Virus record (IMG/VR): IMGVR_UViG_3300021399_000145
Coordinates: 1-64,000 of that record
DNA: 64,000 bases
DNA from: a virus
Reading direction: 5' to 3' (one strand)
A program made the position numbers and the translations under genes. Under the pieces are notes generated by a model. It saw only the letters and a list, made by a program, of their open reading frames with translations, did no database searches and was not told the origin of the DNA. This document shows, in pieces, positions 56,642-64,000 of the stretch (position 1 is the stretch's first letter; every line of letters begins with the position of its first letter).

Positions 56642-57043
56642 TTAAAACGTTTCCTTTGATTCAATAATTGCTTTCTTTGCTTTATCTGTAAGCGTGATGT
56701 TATATCCTTTATTCGGAGTCTTGCATCTTTTTCTTTCTATATTAGTAATAACCCACCCGCTGTTTGTTCTTTCCATTGTGAACTGCGTTGACTGCGGAGT
56801 TCCGCGATACGCATTAGGAAAATGCTGTGCAAAATAATCCACATCAACAATAACTCCAACCATATTTTTCTTACTTATTCCAAGTTTATCTTCTACTCTA
56901 TTTATTGCGGAATATACTTCATATAAATCAATCTTCCTTGCCGATGCTCTTTTCTGTACAACGCTAAGTGCTTCTTCGATTCTTTTGTTATTACTTTCTT
57001 TTCCATTAACAAGAATTCTAACCTTCATTATACATTCCTCCAT
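56642..57043 (-). CDS. Hypothetical protein
   Basis: ORF track. Confidence 0.35.
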   Translation of the reverse strand: MEECIMKVRILVNGKESNNKRIEEALSVVQKRASARKIDLYEVYSAINRVEDKLGISKKNMVGVIVDVDYFAQHFPNAYRGTPQSTQFTMERTNSGWVITNIERKRCKTPNKGYNITLTDKAKKAIIESKETF

Positions 57044-57303
57044 TATATATTTCTTACTGCGTATGTTTTTCCGTTATACTCAAACCAAAGATGCTTACCA
57101 CTTTCTGTTTTGTGGATTTTAGGCTCACATTCGCTTGCGAGATTTAACGTGTAAATCATTTTCCGCATTGCTTCAAACGGAGTCGCGGCGATGAACACAT
57201 ATTCTTTTCTATCATCCATACAAATCACATAGAACATTTTTCCAGTGATATAATTCTTTCCATCGAACATCTCAATTTCTTTCCCTTGCGGCAATCTTCC
57301 CAT
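57043..57303 (-). CDS. Hypothetical protein
   Basis: ORF track. Confidence 0.3.
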   Translation of the reverse strand: MGRLPQGKEIEMFDGKNYITGKMFYVICMDDRKEYVFIAATPFEAMRKMIYTLNLASECEPKIHKTESGKHLWFEYNGKTYAVRNI

Positions 57304-57388
57304 TATTTTTTTCTCCTTCTTATTTTGAATTTTACTTTATTCGCGAAACTTTCTTATTCTATGAATCATTATACATCTTATATTCTCC

Positions 57389-57652
57389 TTACCATCTACC
57401 ATTCTTTTCTACATATTCCTCATACGTAATATCGAATGGCTTGCCTTTCATATCTTTATCATAAATGTATCCGTACTTTTTATGCATTTTCTCGCGCTTA
57501 GGCGTATTACAAACGTCATATCCCGCACGCTTTGACTGTAGAAATCTTATTTTCTGCCAGTCGGCATCCTTCCACTCTTTTTCTTCCTCATATCTACTTA
57601 TAGTTTCTCCGATTCCAAATGTAAACAAGTATGCAAATAACGTGGCAAACAA
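57389..57652 (-). CDS. Hypothetical protein
   Basis: ORF track. Confidence 0.3.
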   Translation of the reverse strand: MFATLFAYLFTFGIGETISRYEEEKEWKDADWQKIRFLQSKRAGYDVCNTPKREKMHKKYGYIYDKDMKGKPFDITYEEYVEKNGRW

Positions 57653-57688
57653 ATTATTTTCCCTCCTTTATTTATATTCCGTGCATTC

Positions 57689-58063
57689 TTAATTCTTCTT
57701 TAAATATATCGGAATGAGTATTTTTATTTTATCCGCGATACTCAAATTATTTCCCTTTGTAAATTCACAAAATTCTGCGGCGGAAAGTTCTTCTAACATT
57801 TTTCTATAAACCCTTGACGGATTTGCCTTTATATCCGCCTTGAGTTTTGTTACGAAATTTTTTCTACTGTTTTCCGCAACTTCTTTAATACGTTCCATAT
57901 CTTCGCGAGGTATATAACTCTCTTTTACGTAGAGTTTTATATTTCCCGCGTTGGATATATGCGCAACTGTCTTGTAATCGCCGTTTACTTCCACGGCTTT
58001 ATTACAAACTGTAATTCCATTTCCAAAGCACCCCATCCAAAGTTCGAAGTTTTTTGCTGACAT
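57689..58063 (-). CDS. Hypothetical protein (start reassigned to MSAKNF)
   Basis: The ORF-track start ATGTATAAT is the promoter -10 box. An internal ATG with a GGAAAGGAG RBS was chosen. Confidence 0.35.
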   Translation of the reverse strand: MSAKNFELWMGCFGNGITVCNKAVEVNGDYKTVAHISNAGNIKLYVKESYIPREDMERIKEVAENSRKNFVTKLKADIKANPSRVYRKMLEELSAAEFCEFTKGNNLSIADKIKILIPIYLKKN

Positions 58064-58084
58064 ATTAATTCTCCTTTCCATAAT

Positions 58085-58114
58085 ATTATACATTACTTAC
58101 GTTCTCCTATGCAA
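58085..58114 (-). promoter_or_regulatory. Promoter family copy (TTGCAT-N18-TATAAT, spacer AGGAGAACGTAAGTAATG)
   Basis: Read on the minus strand. Confidence 0.5.
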
Positions 58115-58472
58115 GCAAATCATTTATGATATCATCAATACATCCGAGTTGATAATCAAAATCAGACACCAAATCAAATAACCTGTTGTATATTTTTAAC
58201 ATAATTTTCCCAAAATTATTATTCCTTTTTGTATATTTTTCAAGTAGTGTGCAGAGATTATACAATCTATTATGAGTGACACAAAGTTCGTCATATCGTT
58301 TCTGGATTTCATTTCCGATATTTACTTTTTGATTATCTATAATATAGTTCTTTAAATCAGTTCCGCATCTTTCCTCTACAATCTTCATGGCTTCCTCATA
58401 AGAGAAAACCATATCGCTTTTTCCATCTGGATAATAAAAATGTAAACTACTCATAACTTTCCTCCTTAACAA
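58107..58472 (-). CDS. Hypothetical protein
   Basis: ORF track. Confidence 0.3.
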   Translation of the reverse strand: MLRRKVMSSLHFYYPDGKSDMVFSYEEAMKIVEERCGTDLKNYIIDNQKVNIGNEIQKRYDELCVTHNRLYNLCTLLEKYTKRNNNFGKIMLKIYNRLFDLVSDFDYQLGCIDDIINDLLA

Positions 58473-58834
58473 TATACTAATTCACCAAACACTGTGTACT
58501 GGATAATCATGTCGGCAATTTCCGCATCACATTCATCAATATCAAAGTGTCCTACATCTTCTATATATTTTTCTAAACCTTTCAGCAAGTCAGATAAATC
58601 AAACGTATATGTTTCAGAGTTTTCATCATCAAACGGTTCTCCGATATACAACCGTAACTTTCCGCCACGGCTTATCTGGTCTGATGCAAATTCTCCTAAA
58701 TATTTCCCTCCAACTACTTCCGCTTTATAGCACCAATAATTAATTCCACCTTCAAAGGCTGTACAAATAATATCATCAATATCCTGCGCGGTAACAGCTA
58801 CTTCCGAATTGCTTACATATTTTACTTTGCTCAT
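58466..58834 (-). CDS. Hypothetical protein
   Basis: ORF track. Confidence 0.3.
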   Translation of the reverse strand: MSKVKYVSNSEVAVTAQDIDDIICTAFEGGINYWCYKAEVVGGKYLGEFASDQISRGGKLRLYIGEPFDDENSETYTFDLSDLLKGLEKYIEDVGHFDIDECDAEIADMIIQYTVFGELVYC

Positions 58835-59223
58835 TATTTTTCCTCCTTTACATATTTTGCAATGAACATATTATCTTTATATTCCTCTACCCCAGTCTTC
58901 CAAATATCTGAAAGGTAAGCACCTATTTCCAGATATCCGTCTGAAATTCTAGCTGTTGCTGAAATATAAACATCCAAATCGTGAGAACCTTCAAAGTATC
59001 TGTCCCACTCAATACGGCGATTGTTATAAACTTCCGCTTTCGCCAGAAGAATATCTTCCAACCACGATTTACTATCCTTTAATGCTTCGCGTACTGCGTA
59101 TTCCGCCCAATCTTTTTCTGTGTTGATATCGTTCTCTCTCTCATACTTAATAATATCTTTTCCAATTTCATATTCCTCGACCGTAAATAATCTCTTATAC
59201 TCTTTCGGCAATACAACTTTCAT
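58834..59223 (-). CDS. Hypothetical protein
   Basis: ORF track. Confidence 0.3.
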   Translation of the reverse strand: MKVVLPKEYKRLFTVEEYEIGKDIIKYERENDINTEKDWAEYAVREALKDSKSWLEDILLAKAEVYNNRRIEWDRYFEGSHDLDVYISATARISDGYLEIGAYLSDIWKTGVEEYKDNMFIAKYVKEEK

Positions 59224-59311
59224 TTAATTTTCCTCCTTTATCTTTACCAATTAATTTCGAAAGCGATGATTTTATAAATTCTATCCACCCCTCATTACTT
59301 TGATTCTCCTT

Positions 59312-60064
59312 TTATTTCTTTTTTTCTTTTATATAAAAAGTTCCATTGTTACGATAACAAAGCTGACAGGTGAGACAATGTTTCCCGCCGCAATTTATTT
59401 CAATACCATTCTCTTTTATAAAGTCTTTTGTATATACGGTAAATATTTTGTCCGCATACTTTCCGATATTAGCAAGAGACAATGGTTTGTTCATCATAAG
59501 AGATGAAATAACTAAACTGAGATTTTTCGGTTTTCCATATTTATCGAAAACACTTTTTGCAATGTTGTAATTCTTCGTCCACCAACCGAATTGCGTATTT
59601 GGATTTGCGTTGATAAGATTTACATAATTTTTAGCTTGCGTTTCGTTTTCGATATCTCCGAATGATTCAATTCTAAATATTGAGTAATTCAGAATTGGCA
59701 TAAGTGTCTGCGGAATTTCCACGGATGTAAGAATTCTGTAATTGCGCACGAAACACTCTTCGAAAGAATTTCCGTACATTCTAAAATTCCGTTCCGCGAA
59801 ACATGCCTGACAGATACTTCCTTCAACATTTCGGTGTTTAAGGCAATGCGTATTTACTATACAAGCCGTGGAAATTGATGCCATTCCTGACATTTTTCCA
59901 TTATGCTTTACAGTGAAATGAATTCCAGTAAAACTTTCAAATTCCTCAATTATTAACGGCTCTTCTTTTTCCGCACGATAGACTGTCATATCATTAATCA
60001 TTGTGTTATAATCCATCTGTGCTGTGCCTCCATTCGTTTTGGTGGTTGTGAAGAGAGCCGTCAT
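59312..60064 (-). CDS. Cys-rich hypothetical protein (250 aa)
   Basis: ORF track. Confidence 0.35.
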   Translation of the reverse strand: MTALFTTTKTNGGTAQMDYNTMINDMTVYRAEKEEPLIIEEFESFTGIHFTVKHNGKMSGMASISTACIVNTHCLKHRNVEGSICQACFAERNFRMYGNSFEECFVRNYRILTSVEIPQTLMPILNYSIFRIESFGDIENETQAKNYVNLINANPNTQFGWWTKNYNIAKSVFDKYGKPKNLSLVISSLMMNKPLSLANIGKYADKIFTVYTKDFIKENGIEINCGGKHCLTCQLCYRNNGTFYIKEKKK

Positions 60065-60095
60065 GTCGGAAAACTAACGGCTCTCTTATCTCAAA

Positions 60096-60845
60096 TTAAA
60101 ATGTCGCCGTTCTGTAATATTCATCGCGAGCGGCGCGATACGCTTTCCGCTGAACTTCCGTAAATTTTGCGTCATCAAAACATTGTTCCAAAGTATTGTT
60201 GTTGTATCCAATGCTTGCGAAACATGAGATGACAGTGTAATCAGCGTCCCATGCGATTCCGTATTCGTGGTTGAACATCTCAGAAAGAAATGCTTTTTTC
60301 CAGTATTCAAAATTATCATTGGATGCGGATTCTTTTGCGGACTCCAATTTTCCAAAAAGTTCCGCCTGTGTTTTACAAAACTCCTTGTACTTCTGTTCTA
60401 CATAACAGAAAGAAATAGGATTATAAAACATACCTTTTATTTTCCGTTTAAACGCCTTTTCTTCATCGTCATTATGGAAAATGTGGAAAGCTGTTTCGTA
60501 CGGAATTCTTTGAATGTAGTAGTTCCGCAAGAAATAATTTTTTCTATCATAATCATCATAATCATCTACCACCTCCAAATCTTTATCCGTAAAGATTTCA
60601 TTTGGTAATGTTTCCATATACCATGCTTTCAATTCTTCCTTACTTTTTCCCTTGTGGTGTAATTCATAATCATTAGCGTAATATATATGTGCTCCGTCCT
60701 TAAAGACGAGCGCAGAGTATCCGAAATATCCGCCAAAGTCTACAAAGTATATGTCGTGTCCGTTAATTTCCATACAATCTTCCTTCATTGCTTTTACTTC
60801 CGCGAGTGTAAGAGCCTCAATTTCATTAATATTCCAGTTTTTCAT
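60096..60845 (-). CDS. Hypothetical protein
   Basis: ORF track. Confidence 0.35.
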   Translation of the reverse strand: MKNWNINEIEALTLAEVKAMKEDCMEINGHDIYFVDFGGYFGYSALVFKDGAHIYYANDYELHHKGKSKEELKAWYMETLPNEIFTDKDLEVVDDYDDYDRKNYFLRNYYIQRIPYETAFHIFHNDDEEKAFKRKIKGMFYNPISFCYVEQKYKEFCKTQAELFGKLESAKESASNDNFEYWKKAFLSEMFNHEYGIAWDADYTVISCFASIGYNNNTLEQCFDDAKFTEVQRKAYRAARDEYYRTATF

Positions 60846-60868
60846 AATACTTATTTTCTCCTTTCTAA

Positions 60869-61465
60869 TTAAAAGTTTCTTACAAAATACTTGTCATCGT
60901 TAAATGTTCCAACTTCGCAAGTTCCGCAGTCGTACATATCGTCGAATACATTTGCGATTTCGTCAGCATCCTCACGACTCTCGCATATTATTATTCCGTA
61001 TCCTTCATTCCAAGAGTATCTTTCATTGCGAACATCGAGGGTTTTTCCGACACTTTTAAATAATTCATCAACCTCATCAATCGTCCCCGTTTTTTTATGT
61101 TCGAAAATCTCAATAAGTTTCCCGATTGCATACACCGCTGAAAGTCTATCAATCGGATTATCTATTCCATGCCGTAACTGGTCATCGTTATACATCGAAT
61201 AGCCGCAATGTCTTGTGAGTATTCCGCCGAATCTCCAATTTGGCATTGTGAAACAGTAACTATTGTTCCCGTCCTTATCTGTGTAGTATTTAGTAAGAAC
61301 GATATCAAATCTCGTACACTCCGCGCTTGCGGTAGCGATAATACAGTTTTCCGTTGCTGATTCAATTTTAATTTTCCCGTTCCACGAGTCTTTATATTTA
61401 AAGTATTTAGCATATTCATTGCTGTAAATTGGATTTAATACTTCAAATGTATATTCTTTATTCAT
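60869..61465 (-). CDS. Hypothetical protein
   Basis: ORF track. Confidence 0.35.
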   Translation of the reverse strand: MNKEYTFEVLNPIYSNEYAKYFKYKDSWNGKIKIESATENCIIATASAECTRFDIVLTKYYTDKDGNNSYCFTMPNWRFGGILTRHCGYSMYNDDQLRHGIDNPIDRLSAVYAIGKLIEIFEHKKTGTIDEVDELFKSVGKTLDVRNERYSWNEGYGIIICESREDADEIANVFDDMYDCGTCEVGTFNDDKYFVRNF

Positions 61466-61466
61466 A

Positions 61467-62105
61467 TTATTTTCTCCCTTCCATAAACTTTTTAATTTCC
61501 TCTTCCTCGTTGTATCCGTTCGTCAGAAGTTCAGTTTGTAATGACTCTTCTGTTTCAACACCGCACCATTTAAGGTCTGCAATTTTTAAATTTCCAAGAC
61601 TTATATTACTACGAATCATATTTCCGTATTTCATAGTCGGATATAATCTGCAATAATCTAAATCTCTAAATATATTCTGAAACATTTCATACGAAAGATT
61701 TCCAATGTGTTTAGACTTTATATAACATGAGTCTATATATTCTACAGCTATGCTAAAGTTTTCCGACCTGTAAAACGTTTCCCATTTTTCATTAGCTTCT
61801 ACTCCGTAGTGTTTGCATATCTTCTCAATAATATCTAACTTTCTTGCAAGACTCCAATCCCTTCCTGCGTAATAATCATTTCTGTCTGGTTCTTTTTCCG
61901 CCCATTCTTTATTAAGTTTTACGGCAAGTTCACTGGGTTTTCCGTTAAGTATCTCTATTTTTCTATGGTAGAGATGCATTTCTTTTTCGTGTTCTAACAT
62001 TTCTTCTTCCGTAGGTTCATATCTTTCTCTTTTTTCTTCCATACATCTATAATATTCCTGAACGCAACCATAGTTCGCTTCGATTCTTGCTAAATCATCC
62101 CACAT
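61467..62105 (-). CDS. Hypothetical protein
   Basis: ORF track. Confidence 0.35.
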   Translation of the reverse strand: MWDDLARIEANYGCVQEYYRCMEEKRERYEPTEEEMLEHEKEMHLYHRKIEILNGKPSELAVKLNKEWAEKEPDRNDYYAGRDWSLARKLDIIEKICKHYGVEANEKWETFYRSENFSIAVEYIDSCYIKSKHIGNLSYEMFQNIFRDLDYCRLYPTMKYGNMIRSNISLGNLKIADLKWCGVETEESLQTELLTNGYNEEEEIKKFMEGRK

Positions 62106-62145
62106 TTTTATCCCTCCTGTTTTAAAATGTTCTTTATTTATGCTT

Positions 62146-62445
62146 TCAGATTTCCCCGTTTTCTCTTCCTTCCACTATGAAAGCAAGTCCCGCTTTAAGT
62201 TCCATAAAATTATCATATTCATCGTAGCGTTCGCGTTCGCCCCTTTCGTAAATTCCTATACACTGCCTATTTAATACCTCATTGCTAAGTACAACATGAT
62301 TGTGTGAGCCGTCATGAAGTTTTTCTCCGTCAAAGTAGAATATCCACCCGTTACCGTCTTCTGTTCCGATTGTCCACGGTGTTGTTCCTTTTGCCAACGG
62401 TTCTCCATCTAATACCTTCATTGCTTTCCAAAGTGCAATAAACAT
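62146..62445 (-). CDS. Hypothetical protein
   Basis: ORF track. Confidence 0.3.
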   Translation of the reverse strand: MFIALWKAMKVLDGEPLAKGTTPWTIGTEDGNGWIFYFDGEKLHDGSHNHVVLSNEVLNRQCIGIYERGERERYDEYDNFMELKAGLAFIVEGRENGEI

Positions 62446-62521
62446 ATTGTTCTCCTTTCATATAAAGTTGTAGGACTGGATATTATTTTCCAGTCCTACA
62501 TAGTGTCGTGTGGTGACTTGA

Positions 62522-63997
62522 TTACGCAAGCTTGTTAAGTTCAGCTTCCAGTTCCGCAAACTCTTCTTCGCTGATGATATCATCACCCTCGTCAATCGGG
62601 GCGTTGATAGCATTTTCAATTTCCTGTTCTACTTCCTTTTCTGCTTCCGCTTCTGCTTTAGCCTTTTCCTTTTCGGCTTTCTTAGCTTCTTTCTCAGCTT
62701 TCTTTGCTTCGCGCTCTGCTCTCTTCTTAGCCTTTTCCTTCTCAGCCTTAGCTTTAGCCTTTTCCTTCTCAGCTTTTTCCTTAGCCTTAGCTTTTTCCTC
62801 GGCTTCCTTTGCGGCTTTCGCCTCGGCTTCGGCTTTGGCTTTCGCCTCTGCCTCTGCCGCGAGAATCTTGTCTACTTCTTCCTGACTGCGGAACTCACCC
62901 TTGCAAGCGTTGTATACTTTTTCCAGTACCTCCCAACGCTTTACAACCTGTGCATGGTGGTTACTGCCAGAAGAAGCATTTCCGCGATAGATGCTGTAGT
63001 CATCCGTATTTGTTTCGAAGAACTCAGCGCAGAACTTATCCGCAAAATCTTCCGCCGCGTATCCATTGGTGATTGCATCGTACATGAACGGCACAAGGGA
63101 GATAAAGTGTGTTCTCACAGTAACCTTTTTCCCGATGCGCTTCATACGCTTTGCATTGTCGCCAGTTGCGGAATTGAGATGTTTTGCAACCCTCAGTCCG
63201 AATGTGAAGATACTGTTGAGTTCATCAATATTTTCCTGTTCAAAGTGTACCGTTTCGTAGTACGGACGAACAACCTTGTTGTCAAGGCAGATTTCCGACT
63301 TCGGCATATTGAGCATCATCATTGTCTTAATGATAATGTCCTCGTTCGTGTATTTCCGCAGAGCGTTTTCCGTAAGGGTATCATGGAAGAACTGATGTTT
63401 TCCAATCTCGATGATTGTTTCCAGTTCCTTACTTGCGACACGTGTCTTTTCAATCGCACTCAGCGGAGTACCATTGTTGAGTCTCTTAAAGATTTCCGCA
63501 ATGGTATCATCATCCGCACCATCAATGCGAATGAAGTTAAATGTTCTGCTGTCAAACTTATCGCGAATCACTTCGGGAAGTTCCTCGAATGTCATTCCAG
63601 AGATATCATATGCCATATCATCAATGACAATCGGCTGAATGTTTCCAAGACGGTGTTCGTTGTTGCGGAACATGCGGAGTGTAGTTGTCCTCTGCTTTCC
63701 GTCAATGAGGTCATCGACCATAATCATCTTGTCATTTTTCCCAACGACCTCAGAGCGGATAGAGATAATCTGCGGAATCGGGAAGCCAGTAAGGATAGAA
63801 TGTACGAACAGGTCACGCTGTTCAGCTTTCCATACGTCCGTTCTCTGTACGGTATTTCCAGACTCCATTTTTCCAGACTTGAAAGCCTGTACAATTCCCT
63901 TTGCGGTCATCTGTGTTGTCGTGGTGCTGATTTCGGGGAATGCCTTTTCCAGAAGTTCTGCCTGCATCTCTGCCATCTTTGCCTCATACATTTCCAT
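62522..63997 (-). CDS. DUF262 (ParB-like nuclease fold, GmrSD N-domain-like) protein with C-terminal Lys/Ala/Glu repeat coiled coil
   Basis: VDDLIDGKQRTTTL matches the DUF262 DGQQR signature. The C-terminal 100 aa are an (AKAEAEKEK)n low-complexity repeat, which also appears as nucleotide repeats at 62590-62870. Confidence 0.55.
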   Translation of the reverse strand: MEMYEAKMAEMQAELLEKAFPEISTTTTQMTAKGIVQAFKSGKMESGNTVQRTDVWKAEQRDLFVHSILTGFPIPQIISIRSEVVGKNDKMIMVDDLIDGKQRTTTLRMFRNNEHRLGNIQPIVIDDMAYDISGMTFEELPEVIRDKFDSRTFNFIRIDGADDDTIAEIFKRLNNGTPLSAIEKTRVASKELETIIEIGKHQFFHDTLTENALRKYTNEDIIIKTMMMLNMPKSEICLDNKVVRPYYETVHFEQENIDELNSIFTFGLRVAKHLNSATGDNAKRMKRIGKKVTVRTHFISLVPFMYDAITNGYAAEDFADKFCAEFFETNTDDYSIYRGNASSGSNHHAQVVKRWEVLEKVYNACKGEFRSQEEVDKILAAEAEAKAKAEAEAKAAKEAEEKAKAKEKAEKEKAKAKAEKEKAKKRAEREAKKAEKEAKKAEKEKAKAEAEAEKEVEQEIENAINAPIDEGDDIISEEEFAELEAELNKLA

Positions 63998-64000
63998 AGC

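Noticed and set aside
62590-62870. Imperfect nucleotide tandem repeats (gcttttcc / ttagcctt units) that could be mistaken for a CRISPR-like or VNTR array
   Set aside because: They are in-frame within the DUF262 gene and encode the Lys/Ala/Glu coiled-coil tail. There are no spacer-repeat alternation and no cas genes.

Overview
This window looks like an AT-rich (about 33% GC) genome segment of a large phage infecting a Gram-positive host, with two gene arms. The left arm (1-4590, + strand) is a lysis module: a two-TM holin, a tail-fiber-like protein and two cell-wall hydrolases (one NlpC/P60-like, one CHAP), each with three PG_binding_1 repeats. It ends in intrinsic terminators and converges on a tyrosine integrase (4634-5980, -) that has an upstream AACGTGATAA-repeat region resembling attP arm sites or an operator. 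Almost everything from 6.3 kb to 64 kb is on the minus strand. The best-supported contents are these. (1) A tRNA-repair-like set: a Thg1-like 3'-5' nucleotidyltransferase, a small KxDG RNA-ligase-like enzyme, and three A-ending-codon tRNAs (Ile-UAU, Gln-UUG, Leu-UAA) plus degenerate tRNA-like pieces. (2) A PurA-family protein, which is a candidate PurZ of the 2-aminoadenine (Z-base) pathway. It is translationally coupled to a radical-SAM/SPASM-like protein and lies near an HD phosphohydrolase (DatZ-like), a vWA protein and an SPFH/band-7 membrane module. (3) A long tandem array of 12 or more small paralogous zinc-ribbon proteins (19.3-23.1 kb), plus a second three-member family sharing an N-terminal TNSSSSSF motif. 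(4) A nucleotide-metabolism block: dUTPase, a ThyX-like protein, nrdG, nrdH, a metallophosphoesterase, a nucleoside 2-deoxyribosyltransferase-like protein, and an anaerobic RNR nrdD split by an apparent ~248-nt group I intron with a recognisable P1 pairing. (5) A replisome block: ERCC4-like nuclease, Pol III alpha DnaE, Cas4/RecB-like nuclease, DnaG primase, DnaB helicase, SSB, and a Sak/Rad52-like annealing protein. (6) A second short tyrosine recombinase and a DUF262 (GmrSD-like ParB-fold) protein with a Lys/Ala/Glu repeat tail. At least nine intergenic sites carry a sigma70-like promoter (TTGACA-N17-TATAAT) whose 17-nt spacer is itself conserved (GGAGAATrTrAGTAGTA), suggesting a co-regulated regulon with an embedded operator. 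A 33-bp inverted-repeat pair brackets a 325-bp non-coding island. All domain calls come from motif recognition by eye and need HMM or BLAST confirmation.
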